From NCBI GenBank assembly GCA_964490075.1, contig CAZBBK010000015.1, positions 62,001 to 93,700 on the forward strand: a DNA stretch of 31,700 nt, in the 5' to 3' direction. The notes beneath the pieces were generated by a model, which did not search any database, was not told where the DNA came from, and saw only the letters and a list, made by a program, of their open reading frames with translations. The stretch comes from an uncultured Gemmatimonadota bacterium. Lineage in GTDB: Bacteria; GCA-2686955. Of this stretch, positions 17,513 to 26,632 are shown one piece after another. The stretch's first letter is position 1, and the number at the start of each line of letters is the position of its first letter. The translations under genes were made by a program, and so were the position numbers.

Positions 17513-19381
17513 ATGTCTCGCCCTCGCCCCTTCGATCTTCGCGGCCTGCTCTGCACGCCGCTCTTCGCACTCTTCGCTCTACAAGGAACCGCCGATGCCG
17601 AGCGCGGGCCGAGCCCGGCCGAGAAGCTCGACATGGAGTACGCGCTGCAGAACGTTCTGCAGCTCGTTCCGATCGACTGGTACGTCTACTACCCGCCGAT
17701 CATCACCGTGCCCGACGACTACCCGTCGATCAGCGAGGCGCTGCTCCACGCCGCATCCACCAATCAACGGATTCTCGTCAAGGAGAGCCCCTTCGGCTAC
17801 TACATCGACAACGTCGTCATCGACGCTTCCGACTTCACCGGACTCACCATCGAAGGCGAGTGCGGAGTGCTGCCGGAGGTCCGATCCTCGGCGACCTACG
17901 GCCAGCCGGTATTCCACATCGTCAACGACGAGAACGTCCCCAGCACCATCACCATTCGCAACTTGACGATCAGCGGCGCATAGGGCGGCGATGATGGCGC
18001 CGGCGTGAAGGTCTCCCACGACGGTGACGAATGGGATGCGGTGACGACCACGGTCAACCTCTCTCGCCTCTACATCACCGACTGCAGCGTCGGGATCAGC
18101 ACCGGCGACCGAACCGGCACCAACGCCTGCTCCTATCCCTACAACTGGGGTGCGGTGAGCGCCGACAAGCTGACCCAACCGCTGACGCAGATCGCGATCG
18201 ACCGCTGCACGGTGGTCGGCTGCTATACCGACGGGATGAATCTGTGGCGAGCCCAGGGCGAGATCCTCTCGACGATCCTCGCCAACAACGGCGGCGAGGG
18301 AATCCACTCTACCCATTTCGAAGGGACCATCCGCAACAGCGTGATCATCGGTCATTCCGACAACCAGTTGCACCTGCATTTCCCGCGCGAAGTCGTGTTC
18401 GCCAACAACCTGATCGGTGCCGGTGTCTCGAACGGCTCCTCGCCCGGCGACGGGCTGGTGATCGGCGGCGGCGACCACTGGCTCGACCCGCCCCCCGTGA
18501 TCCACGCCTACAACAACGTATTCGCCGGCAACGACGGCGCCGGCGCCAGGCTCGGCTTCGTGCGGCTGGTGGAATCCGTTTCTCCCTGCGAGGAGGAGAT
18601 CCTCCCCTGCCGCGCCAAGATCCGCAACAACATCTTTTTCGAGAACGCCAGCGACGGCGATCGCTACGCCATGCACGTCAGCCACGTGCTGACCAACCAG
18701 GAGAGCGACTGGCTGGCCTACAATCTCTTCTATGACAACAATGGACTGGACTACGATCCGGCGATCGTGACCCCGGCGGTCGGCAACATCTTCGGCTCGA
18801 ATCCGCTCTTCACCTCGCCGCCGGACGACGAGATCCTGGAGTCGCTGATCGACGCTGTGTTGATCCGCAACGCCGCGATGGGCGTGCAGCCGCTCGGCTG
18901 GTCGCCCCTGATCGATGCGGGGGATCCCGATCCGAGCTTCGACGATGTCTCGAGCTATGCCGATGGCGGCGACCAGTGCGACATCGGCCTCTTCGGTGGT
19001 CCCTATGCGTCGCCTAGCCCGCTCAGTGCCGGCGCCCGACCCACCTTCTGCTGGGAGATCGTCTTCGATTTCGCGGCCAATCGGGTCTTCTTCCGCAACC
19101 CGCTCTACCTGGAGCCGGGTGGCGACCCCTGGGCGTCGAAGATCTCCTACGTCGATCCGCAAAACCGCCACACCCTGAACCTCTACTGGGTGCCCGGCGG
19201 GATCAAGATGGGTTGGCTCGGGCAGGCGAAGGACGTACGCCACCTGCAACTCGGCGACAAACGGATCAAGCTCTATCGCACCCCGCAGGAGCGCGAGGAG
19301 CTCTATCCGGTCACCAAGCTGCGCGAGTTCGAAGTGAAGCAGTGGCCCTTCGAGAGCGACGATCCGATTCCTCAAAAGTGA
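17513..19381 (+). pseudogene. Secreted beta-helix protein, paralog 1, interrupted by a single in-frame TAG at 17981-17983 (pseudogene, error or readthrough)
   Basis: ORFs 17384-17983 and 18005-19381 share a frame and together align end to end with 19670-21523. AGGAGG RBS, signal peptide, VPDDYPSISEAL N-cap, SPLIDAG...DIGLFGG C-cap. Confidence 0.85.
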
Positions 19382-19402
19382 TCTCTGCTCCCCTGCCGCG
19401 AC

Positions 19403-19436
19403 GCGCGCCCGGGCTCATGAAGAGCGCCGGGCGCGC
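19403..19436 (+). terminator. GC-rich hairpin after paralog 1 (possible terminator or stabilising stem)
   Basis: GCGCGCCCGG-GCTC-ATGAA-GAGC-G-CCGGGCGCGC; no U-tract. Confidence 0.4.
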
Positions 19437-19578
19437 CCCTGTACGCGGAGGTTGTCGGGGCTGGCAACGACGGTTGCCACGTCCTCCCTGCGCCGCATCG
19501 ATGCAAGGCCCAAGTCGAATCCGGCAAGCGACTTCTCATCAGCGACTTGACGCGTCACCACCGGCCCCGGAGCGGACC

Positions 19579-19593
19579 TGGCACGCGCCTTGC
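19579..19593 (+). promoter_or_regulatory. Sigma-54 (-24/-12) promoter candidate
   Basis: TGGCAC-GCGCC-TTGC matches the TGGCAC-N5-TTGC consensus, about 76 bp before ATG 19670. Confidence 0.75.
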
Positions 19594-19669
19594 GCTCCGC
19601 CCGCCCGCCGCCGGCCAACCGAGCCGTGCGCGGCGCTTCCACAACCGGGTCCAGAACACGGAGGACGAG

Positions 19670-21523
19670 ATGTCCCACCCGACCATCAAGCTCAATGCCT
19701 TCGCTTTGAGCACGTCTTTGCTCGCGGCCACGGCCACCGTGCCGGCCCACGCCTACCGTTCCCCCTCCCCCGTCGAAGAGCTCGAGATGGCGTACGCCCT
19801 CGACAACGCGATGTCGATGATCGACTTCGACTGGATCTTCACTCCCGCCCTGATCACCGTTCCGGACGACTACCCGACCATCTCCGAAGCTCTCGACCAC
19901 GCCGCGTTCTTCAATCAGAAGATCCTGGTCAAGGAGAGCCCGGACGGCCAGTACACCGAAAACGTCGTCATCTATGCCGACGATTTCAGCAACCTGACCA
20001 TCGAAGGGGCGTGCGGCAGCCTGCCCGAGGTCACTTCGGCTTCGTACGGCGAGCCGGTGTTCCACATCATCAACGACAGCAACGTACCCACCACCATCAA
20101 CATTCGCAACCTGACCGTCTCCGGTGCCTCCGGCGGCGACATCGCCGGAGTGCAGGTCAGCACCTCGAACGACGACTGGGACGCGGTGACCACCACCGTC
20201 AACCTGTCGCGCCTGCACGTCACCGACTGCACGGTGGGAATCCAGACCGGCACCCGCACCGGCACCTCTTCCTGCTCGCAAGGTACCTGGGGCTCGATCG
20301 ACGCCACCAAGCTGACCCAGCCGCTCACCCAGCTCACCGTCGACCGCTGCACCGTCACCGGCTGCTACAGCGACGGCATGAACCTGTGGCGCGCCCAGGG
20401 TGAGATTCTTTCCACGATCGTCGCCAACAACGGCGGCGAAGGGATCCACAGCACCCACTTCGACGGCACGGTGCGCAACAGCGTGATCATCGGGCACGAA
20501 GACAACCAGATGCACCTGCACTACCCGCGCGAGGTCTACTTCGTAAACAACCTGATCGCCGCCGGGGTCGGCGACTCCTGGTACAACGGCGACGGCTTGG
20601 TGATCGCCGGCGCCGACCACAACCTCGATCCGCTGCCGCTGGTGCGTGTCTACAACAACGTTTTTGCCGGCAACGACGGAGCCAGCGCGCGAGTGGCCTA
20701 CGTGCGACTGGTACACTCGGCCTTTCCCTGCGAGGAGGAAGTCGTGGCCTGCCGCGCTCGCGTTCGCAACAACGTCTTCTTCGAGAGCTCGTCGGGCGGA
20801 GACCGCTACGCCGTCCATGCCAGCTTCGCGGGCGCCAACGAGCTCAGCAACTGGCTGAGCTACAATCTCTTCTACGCCAACAACAGCATGGACTACGATC
20901 CGGGCCTGATCACTCCGGGTACCGGCAACCTCTTCGCCACCAACCCGCTCTTCACCGCCGACCCGGACGACGAGGTGCTGGAGTCGTTGATCGACCCGGC
21001 GCTGATCCGCAACGCGGCAATGGGGGTGCTGCCGCAGGTCAGCTCGCCCCTGATCGACGCCGGTCATCCAAACTCCGGATTCGACGATGTCTCGAGCTAC
21101 GCGGCCGGCACCTCACGCAACGACATCGGCCTCTTCGGCGGTCCCTGGGCCTCGCCCAGTCCCCTCAGCGCCGGCGCCCGCCCGACCTTGTGCTGGAATC
21201 TGATCGCCGACTTCACCGCCGATCGGATCTTCATTCAGAACCTGCTCTACCTGGAGCCGGGCGGCGATCCCTGGGCCGACAAGATCGTCTACACCGATCC
21301 GCGGACCCAGAAGACCCTGACTCTCTACTGGATCCCCGAGGGAATGAACCCGCGTTGGCTGGGCGATGCCCGCGACGTCGCCTACTTCCAGCTCGGTGAC
21401 AAGAAGGTGAAGCTCTACCGCACTCCCGAGGAGCGCGAGGAGCTGTTCCCGGTCACGCTGCTCCCCGAGTTCGAAGTGAAGCAGTGGCCCTACGAGATCG
21501 ACGATCCGGATCCGCGCAGATAG
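19670..21523 (+). CDS. Secreted right-handed beta-helix protein, paralog 2 (intact), with an unrecognised C-terminal domain
   Basis: GGAGG RBS, signal peptide ending AHA, VPDDYPTISEAL, Asn-ladder repeats (NNGGEGI, NNVFAGN), SPLIDAG...DIGLFGG. Confidence 0.88.
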   Translation: MSHPTIKLNAFALSTSLLAATATVPAHAYRSPSPVEELEMAYALDNAMSMIDFDWIFTPALITVPDDYPTISEALDHAAFFNQKILVKESPDGQYTENVVIYADDFSNLTIEGACGSLPEVTSASYGEPVFHIINDSNVPTTINIRNLTVSGASGGDIAGVQVSTSNDDWDAVTTTVNLSRLHVTDCTVGIQTGTRTGTSSCSQGTWGSIDATKLTQPLTQLTVDRCTVTGCYSDGMNLWRAQGEILSTIVANNGGEGIHSTHFDGTVRNSVIIGHEDNQMHLHYPREVYFVNNLIAAGVGDSWYNGDGLVIAGADHNLDPLPLVRVYNNVFAGNDGASARVAYVRLVHSAFPCEEEVVACRARVRNNVFFESSSGGDRYAVHASFAGANELSNWLSYNLFYANNSMDYDPGLITPGTGNLFATNPLFTADPDDEVLESLIDPALIRNAAMGVLPQVSSPLIDAGHPNSGFDDVSSYAAGTSRNDIGLFGGPWASPSPLSAGARPTLCWNLIADFTADRIFIQNLLYLEPGGDPWADKIVYTDPRTQKTLTLYWIPEGMNPRWLGDARDVAYFQLGDKKVKLYRTPEEREELFPVTLLPEFEVKQWPYEIDDPDPRR

Positions 21524-21550
21524 CTACACTCTCAACCAGGTCTTGGCGAC

Positions 21551-21578
21551 AGAGGAGGAGCCTCTCGGCTTCTCCTCT
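21551..21578. terminator. Hairpin between convergent genes (possible bidirectional terminator)
   Basis: AGAGGAGGAGCC-TCTC-GGCTTCTCCTCT, 12-bp stem with one G-U pair. Confidence 0.55.
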
Positions 21579-21583
21579 TCGCA

Positions 21584-22867
21584 TTACCAGCTACGGTTCT
21601 GGTCGCCGTGCACCGGCGCTCCGCAGGCGCGCCTGAGCCGCCCGGCGATCCTCTGCATCGCTCTCGCGGAGAGGGTCGGGTGGGTCGGAACGTAGGCCAC
21701 CTCGTCCGGGATGCGCCGCGCCTGCTCCAGCGACACGACCCGGCAGCGATTCCGCAGAATCGGCAGCTCGGGCCAGAGGGAGCAATAGTCCTTCTGCAGA
21801 TCGACACCGAGCGCCAGCGCCCGTCGCACCAGCTCGTCGCGGCGCGTACTGCGCAGCGTGAAGTGCAGCCAGGTGGCGCCGGAATCCTCCTCCGGCAGCT
21901 CCAGGTCGTCGATTCCGTCCAACGCCCGGCGCAGAATCGCGGCGTTGCGCCGGCGATGTGAGATCAGCTCTTGCGCGCGCTCGAGCTGCACCATTCCAGC
22001 CGCCGCCTGCGCCTCGGAAAGGGCCGGCACGCGGCCTTCCATCGGCCGCAGATCGAGCTTCGTGCGGTCGTCGTCCAGGGCCGATTCCACCGAATCGCTG
22101 CCCAGCGCCTGTGCCGCCCACATGACCGGCCAGGCGCTGGCGCTAAAGAGCCAAGGCGAGGAGAGCGAAGCCGAGACAAGAGCCCTCACGAAGGTGCTGA
22201 GGGTCGCCCCAGGCACCGGAGAGGGCAGCGTGTCGCGCAGCTCGCGCAAGCACCCGGCGAGCCCCTCGTCGTCCGTGGTCACCGCTCCCCCGCCCAGAGT
22301 CGAGATCGCCTTGCCGGGACCGAAAGCATGACAGCCGATTCCGGTGGCTCCCGCGCGCACGCCGGAGCGAGTGGCGCCGAATGCCTGACAGGCGTCCTCG
22401 ATCAGCGCGATGCCGCGTTCTTCGGCCAGCCCCTTCAGCCGGTCGAGCGCCTGCACCCTCCCGTTCAGATGGGCGACAACGATCGCTCGAGTGCGCTCTC
22501 CCAGCGCTTCGACCACTCGCTCGGGATCGAGCAAAAAGCTCTGTCGATCGACGTCGACCGCCACCGGGACGAAGCCCGCCGCCGCCACCACCACCGGGAC
22601 GATCCAAAACGTGTAGGCCGGCAACACCACCTCGTCGCGCCCGTCCCCCTCGTCGAGAGCCTTCAACGTGAAGTAGATCGCCGCCCGACCCGAGGGGAAG
22701 GCGACGCCCTGGCGCTGCCCCTGCGCCGCGGCCAGCGCCCGCTCGAAGCCGGCGACGTAACCCCCCGTGGGAGCACCCCGCCCGGCTCGCAGCATCGCGC
22801 CGGCGGCTTGGGTCCACTCCCGGGGACCGTAGGAGAGCGACTGTCGGGGATAGGCGGGAATCGGCAT
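21584..22867 (-). CDS. DegT/DnrJ/EryC1/StrS family PLP-dependent aminotransferase
   Basis: FPSGRAA, DEVVLPAYT, IEDACQAFG, AFGPGK (PLP Lys)..GGGAV. Start uncertain; ATG 22867 chosen. Confidence 0.88.
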   Translation of the reverse strand: MPIPAYPRQSLSYGPREWTQAAGAMLRAGRGAPTGGYVAGFERALAAAQGQRQGVAFPSGRAAIYFTLKALDEGDGRDEVVLPAYTFWIVPVVVAAAGFVPVAVDVDRQSFLLDPERVVEALGERTRAIVVAHLNGRVQALDRLKGLAEERGIALIEDACQAFGATRSGVRAGATGIGCHAFGPGKAISTLGGGAVTTDDEGLAGCLRELRDTLPSPVPGATLSTFVRALVSASLSSPWLFSASAWPVMWAAQALGSDSVESALDDDRTKLDLRPMEGRVPALSEAQAAAGMVQLERAQELISHRRRNAAILRRALDGIDDLELPEEDSGATWLHFTLRSTRRDELVRRALALGVDLQKDYCSLWPELPILRNRCRVVSLEQARRIPDEVAYVPTHPTLSARAMQRIAGRLRRACGAPVHGDQNRSW

Positions 22868-23029
22868 GGCGGCGGATGATAGCATCGGCGCTTTCAAGGT
22901 CCTGAGGGTCGGCAAAGAAATAACTCCCGTGTTTGCATCCCATCTGCACCGCGTCTCCGGCACATCTGGGCGCAAGCCCGGGGAGTTGTCGCTTCGCCGA
23001 CCCTAATCACCGGGGGAGCCACGCGCACC

Positions 23030-24724
23030 ATGCACGAGTACATTCTGGGAGTCTGCTGCTACGGCGCCAACGACACCGGTGTCGCCCTGCTCGACCCCGA
23101 GGGCAAGCTGCTCTACATGAGCGAGGAGGAGCGCTTCTCGCGAATCAAGAAGGACACCGCCTTCCCCGCCGCCGCGATCGACGACGCCCTGCGCTTCGCC
23201 GGCATCGGCATCGACCAGGTCTCCGACGCCGGCTTCTACTCCGATCTCTCCGGCGTGCGCCTTTCCGCCGCCCTGCACACCCTGCGCAACCTGCCGCTCT
23301 CGCTGCTCTTCCTGGGCGGCGGCATCGACTCCTACCGCCGCCACCAGGGCTTCGGCACCGAGCTCGCCCGCCGCACCGGCTTCTCGGGCCGGGTCCACAA
23401 CATCCCACACCATCTCTGCCACGCCGCCTGCGCCTACTACCTCTCCCCTTTCGACCAGGCCGCCGTGCTGACCCTGGACGGCACCGGGGAGTTCACCACC
23501 GGGACCACCTGGCGCGGCCGCGGCATCGACCTGGAGCCGCTCGGCGAGGCACGCTTCCCGCACTCGATGGGCCGCGTATACGAGGCCTTCACGCAATACC
23601 TCGGCTTCAAGCCGAACCGCGACGAGGGAAAGGTGATGGGACTGGCCGGCCATGGCGATCCAGCCCGCTACCGCGGCCTGATGGACGAACTGATCGAGCT
23701 CCAGGACCGGGGCCGCTACCGCGTCGACCTGCGCTACTTCCTCTTCCACCTCGGAGCCGAGACCCTCTACAGCCACCACCTGGTGGAACGCCTCGGCCCC
23801 CCCCGCGTTCCCGAGTCCGAGCTCGACGAGCGCTTCCGCGACCTGGCCGCCGCAGTCCAGGAATGCCTGGAACGGGTCGGCCTGCACGTCAGCCGCGAGC
23901 TGGCGCGCCAGACCGCCGCAAGCAACCTCTGCCTGGCCGGGGGCGTCGCCCTCAACACCCAGATGAACGCCCGCATCGAGACCGACGGCGCCTTCGAGCG
24001 AGTCTTCGTGCCGCCTCCGGCGGGCGACCCCGGCACCGCGCTCGGCGCCGCCAAGCTGATCCATCACCGGATCTACGCGGGTCAGGGGCGCGAGTCTCTC
24101 GAACACGCCTACTGGGGACCCGAATTCGACGCCGAGGCTTGCGAGGCCGCCGCCGCGGCGGCGCGAGGGCTGCGTTGGAGCCGCGCCGCGGACCCCAGCG
24201 CCGCCGCCGCCGAGGCGATCGAGCGGGGCGAGATCGTGGCCTGGTTCCAGGGCCGCATGGAGATCGGCCCGCGGGCTCTCGGCAACCGCTCGATCCTGGC
24301 CGACGCCCGCCGCCCCGAGATGGCCGAGGTACTGAACCGCCGCGTCAAGAAGCGCGAGGCCTTTCGCCCCTTCGCCCCGGCGGTGCTCACCGAGCGCTGC
24401 GCCGACTACTTCGATCGCCCCGGTCCCCAACCATTCATGCTCAGCGTCTACGACGTGCTGCCCCCGCGCCGCGACGAAGTGCCTTCGATCACCCACGTGG
24501 ACGGCAGCGCCCGGGTGCAGACCGTCGACGCCCCGACCAACCCGCTTTTCCACCGCCTGATCGAGCACTTCGAGCGCCGTACCGGCGTGCCGGTGGTGCT
24601 CAATACCTCCTTCAACGTGCGCGGCGAGCCGATCGTTTGCACCCCCGCCGACGCCGTCGCCTGCTTTCAGAGCACCGACATCGACCGCCTCTTCGTCGGC
24701 CCGGTCGAGGTCGTGCCCGAATGA
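23030..24724 (+). CDS. Carbamoyltransferase (NodU/CmcH/TobZ family)
   Basis: EEERFSRIK, HHLCHA, DGTGE, EGKVMGLA, AGGVALN, GPRALGNRS, KKREAFRPFAP, THVDGSARVQ, LNTSFN. Confidence 0.95.
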   Translation: MHEYILGVCCYGANDTGVALLDPEGKLLYMSEEERFSRIKKDTAFPAAAIDDALRFAGIGIDQVSDAGFYSDLSGVRLSAALHTLRNLPLSLLFLGGGIDSYRRHQGFGTELARRTGFSGRVHNIPHHLCHAACAYYLSPFDQAAVLTLDGTGEFTTGTTWRGRGIDLEPLGEARFPHSMGRVYEAFTQYLGFKPNRDEGKVMGLAGHGDPARYRGLMDELIELQDRGRYRVDLRYFLFHLGAETLYSHHLVERLGPPRVPESELDERFRDLAAAVQECLERVGLHVSRELARQTAASNLCLAGGVALNTQMNARIETDGAFERVFVPPPAGDPGTALGAAKLIHHRIYAGQGRESLEHAYWGPEFDAEACEAAAAAARGLRWSRAADPSAAAAEAIERGEIVAWFQGRMEIGPRALGNRSILADARRPEMAEVLNRRVKKREAFRPFAPAVLTERCADYFDRPGPQPFMLSVYDVLPPRRDEVPSITHVDGSARVQTVDAPTNPLFHRLIEHFERRTGVPVVLNTSFNVRGEPIVCTPADAVACFQSTDIDRLFVGPVEVVPE

Positions 24725-26496
24725 GCATCGCAGGCCCTCGGGGGATCGTTCTGCTGCTGCTCGGCCTGGGGTTGGGCGGCTGCGGCTCCGGCCCCGCGCC
24801 GCCCTCGATCCTGCTGATCTCGGTCGACACGCTACGCGCCGACCACCTCTCCTGCTACGGCTACCCGCGCCCCACCCCGGCGATCGACTCCCTGGCGCGG
24901 CGCGGCGTGCTCTACGAGAACGCCCACGCGCCGGCGCCCTGGACCCTGCCCTCGCACATGAGCCTCCTCACCGGCCGCTACCCCTCGTCCCACGGCGTGG
25001 TCGACGCCGAGCGCAGCTTGCCGGAGTCGGTCCCGCAGCTGCAGGAGGCGCTGCAGCGCCGGGGCTATCACACCGCCGGCTTCGGCGCCCACGTCTATCT
25101 CGGCGCCCGCTACGGCTTCGAGCGCGGCTTCCACCACTACGAGCTGGTCACCTATCGCAACGATCCCGCCGGACAGCGACGCGGCGATCGAGTGGTGGAG
25201 AAGGCGCTCGGCTGGTTGGAGCGGCGCGCCGGAGATCCGCGCCCCTTCTTCCTCTTCGTGCACCTCTTCGATCCGCACTGGACCTACGCCGCTCCCGCTC
25301 CCTGGCTCGGGACCTACTCGGGGGACTACCAGGGGCGCATGGACGGCACCCTGCCCGCCGTCACCTACTTCGTCGAGCGACCGATTCCGGACGACGCCTT
25401 GCAGCAGGTGATCGCCCTCTACGACGAGGAGGTCGCCTGGACCGATGCCTTGATCGGCCGGCTGCTCGAGGCCGTCGAGGGCCTGGACGATCCGCCGCTG
25501 ATCGCGCTGGTGGCCGACCACGGCGAGGAATTCAAAGAGCACGGCTCGATGGGGCACGCGGTGACGCTCTACGCCGAGCAGTCGCACGTCCCGCTGATCG
25601 TGGCCGACCCGGCCGGAGACGGAGGAGGGTCGCGGCGCGTGGCCGAGCCGGTGCGCACCATCGACCTGGTCCCCACGCTGGCCGAACGTGCCGGCGTGGA
25701 GCGCGACGATCCGCTCTGGGAGGCCCTGGACGGCGTGCCGCTCGACGCGGCCGACCCTGCGCTGCCGGTGGTGATCGAGACCACCCGCTGGGGGCCGCAG
25801 CGCGAGGCGGTGCTGGTCGATGGACACAAGGCGATCTCGCCGGCGCGCTACCACTGGCTCGGGCACTGGAAGGAGGGGGGCGAGCTGGTGCGCGAGCCGA
25901 TCGCCCACTTCCAGCGCGAGGCCGCTCTCTACGACCTCGATGCCGATCCGGGGGAGTCGCGACCCTTGCCCTGGGATCCGGCCAACCCCGCGCAACGCGC
26001 CCTGGCCGACTGGCGGGAACGGAGCTGGTGCGGGATCGAAATCACCTTCGCCGGGGGCGCCGAGCTGTGCGCGGCGGTCGATCTGGTGGGCGCGCTCGCG
26101 TGGCGCGATCAACCGCGTCTCGACGACGGCCGAGAGAGCTTCCCGGTGCCGCTCGACCGGGGGCGTATCGAGCTCGGCGGCCTGCCGGCGGGCCGCCGGC
26201 TGCGCCTGCATCTGCCGCTCGAGGCGGCGGCGCTCGATTCGCTGCGAATCGAGGTCGTCTCGGGATCTCTCATCCTCGAGGCCGGTGCGGCGGGCCGGCG
26301 CGAGCTCGGGGCCGGCCGGCGGTGGGCCTGCGCGGGAGCCGAGCTGGGCGACGCGGCTCCTCTGCCGCCGGGCACGGCGGAAGGAGTGTCGCGCATGACG
26401 ATCCGCACCCGGCCCTGCGCCGAGCTGCGGGCCGCGGCGCGGCTCAGCGGGCGCGAGCAGGAGCTCTTGCGCTCGCTCGGCTACGTGGACGGGTGA
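24721..26496 (+). CDS. Sulfatase-like hydrolase/transferase (alkaline phosphatase superfamily), predicted lipoprotein
   Basis: ISVDTLRADH, WTLPSH.SLLTG, FDPH, ADHGEEF.EHG..GH, C-terminal LRSLGYV; lipobox LGGC; ATGA overlap with the carbamoyltransferase stop. Confidence 0.9.
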   Translation: MSIAGPRGIVLLLLGLGLGGCGSGPAPPSILLISVDTLRADHLSCYGYPRPTPAIDSLARRGVLYENAHAPAPWTLPSHMSLLTGRYPSSHGVVDAERSLPESVPQLQEALQRRGYHTAGFGAHVYLGARYGFERGFHHYELVTYRNDPAGQRRGDRVVEKALGWLERRAGDPRPFFLFVHLFDPHWTYAAPAPWLGTYSGDYQGRMDGTLPAVTYFVERPIPDDALQQVIALYDEEVAWTDALIGRLLEAVEGLDDPPLIALVADHGEEFKEHGSMGHAVTLYAEQSHVPLIVADPAGDGGGSRRVAEPVRTIDLVPTLAERAGVERDDPLWEALDGVPLDAADPALPVVIETTRWGPQREAVLVDGHKAISPARYHWLGHWKEGGELVREPIAHFQREAALYDLDADPGESRPLPWDPANPAQRALADWRERSWCGIEITFAGGAELCAAVDLVGALAWRDQPRLDDGRESFPVPLDRGRIELGGLPAGRRLRLHLPLEAAALDSLRIEVVSGSLILEAGAAGRRELGAGRRWACAGAELGDAAPLPPGTAEGVSRMTIRTRPCAELRAAARLSGREQELLRSLGYVDG

Positions 26497-26512
26497 CGGC
26501 GATCGCGAAAAG

Positions 26513-26530
26513 TGTAATCGCCTGCTTACA
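26513..26530. promoter_or_regulatory. Palindromic operator/UAS candidate TGTAA-N8-TTACA
   Basis: TGTAATCGCCTGCTTACA, about 75 bp upstream of a sigma-54-like motif. Confidence 0.45.
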
Positions 26531-26602
26531 GCGCCGGGCGAGGCTGTAAGAGGATCCGACGCAAATCAAACGCGGCGGCATCGAACTCGCCGTTAATCGG
26601 AA

Positions 26603-26617
26603 CGGCACGCCGCTTGC
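26603..26617 (+). promoter_or_regulatory. Sigma-54 (-24/-12) promoter candidate
   Basis: CGGCAC-GCCGC-TTGC(A), exact GG-N10-GC spacing. Confidence 0.65.
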
Positions 26618-26632
26618 ACTACCACGGCGGGC

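Noticed and set aside
7338-21523. Complete reassignment of TAG to a sense codon
   Set aside because: TAG ends msrAB, the flippase-like gene, the TldE-like gene and beta-helix paralog 2 at plausible C-termini.
22933-26496. 1187-aa ORF as a single protein
   Set aside because: The first ~600 aa are an Arg/Pro-rich alternative frame of the carbamoyltransferase; the real gene starts at ATG 24721 with a lipoprotein signal.
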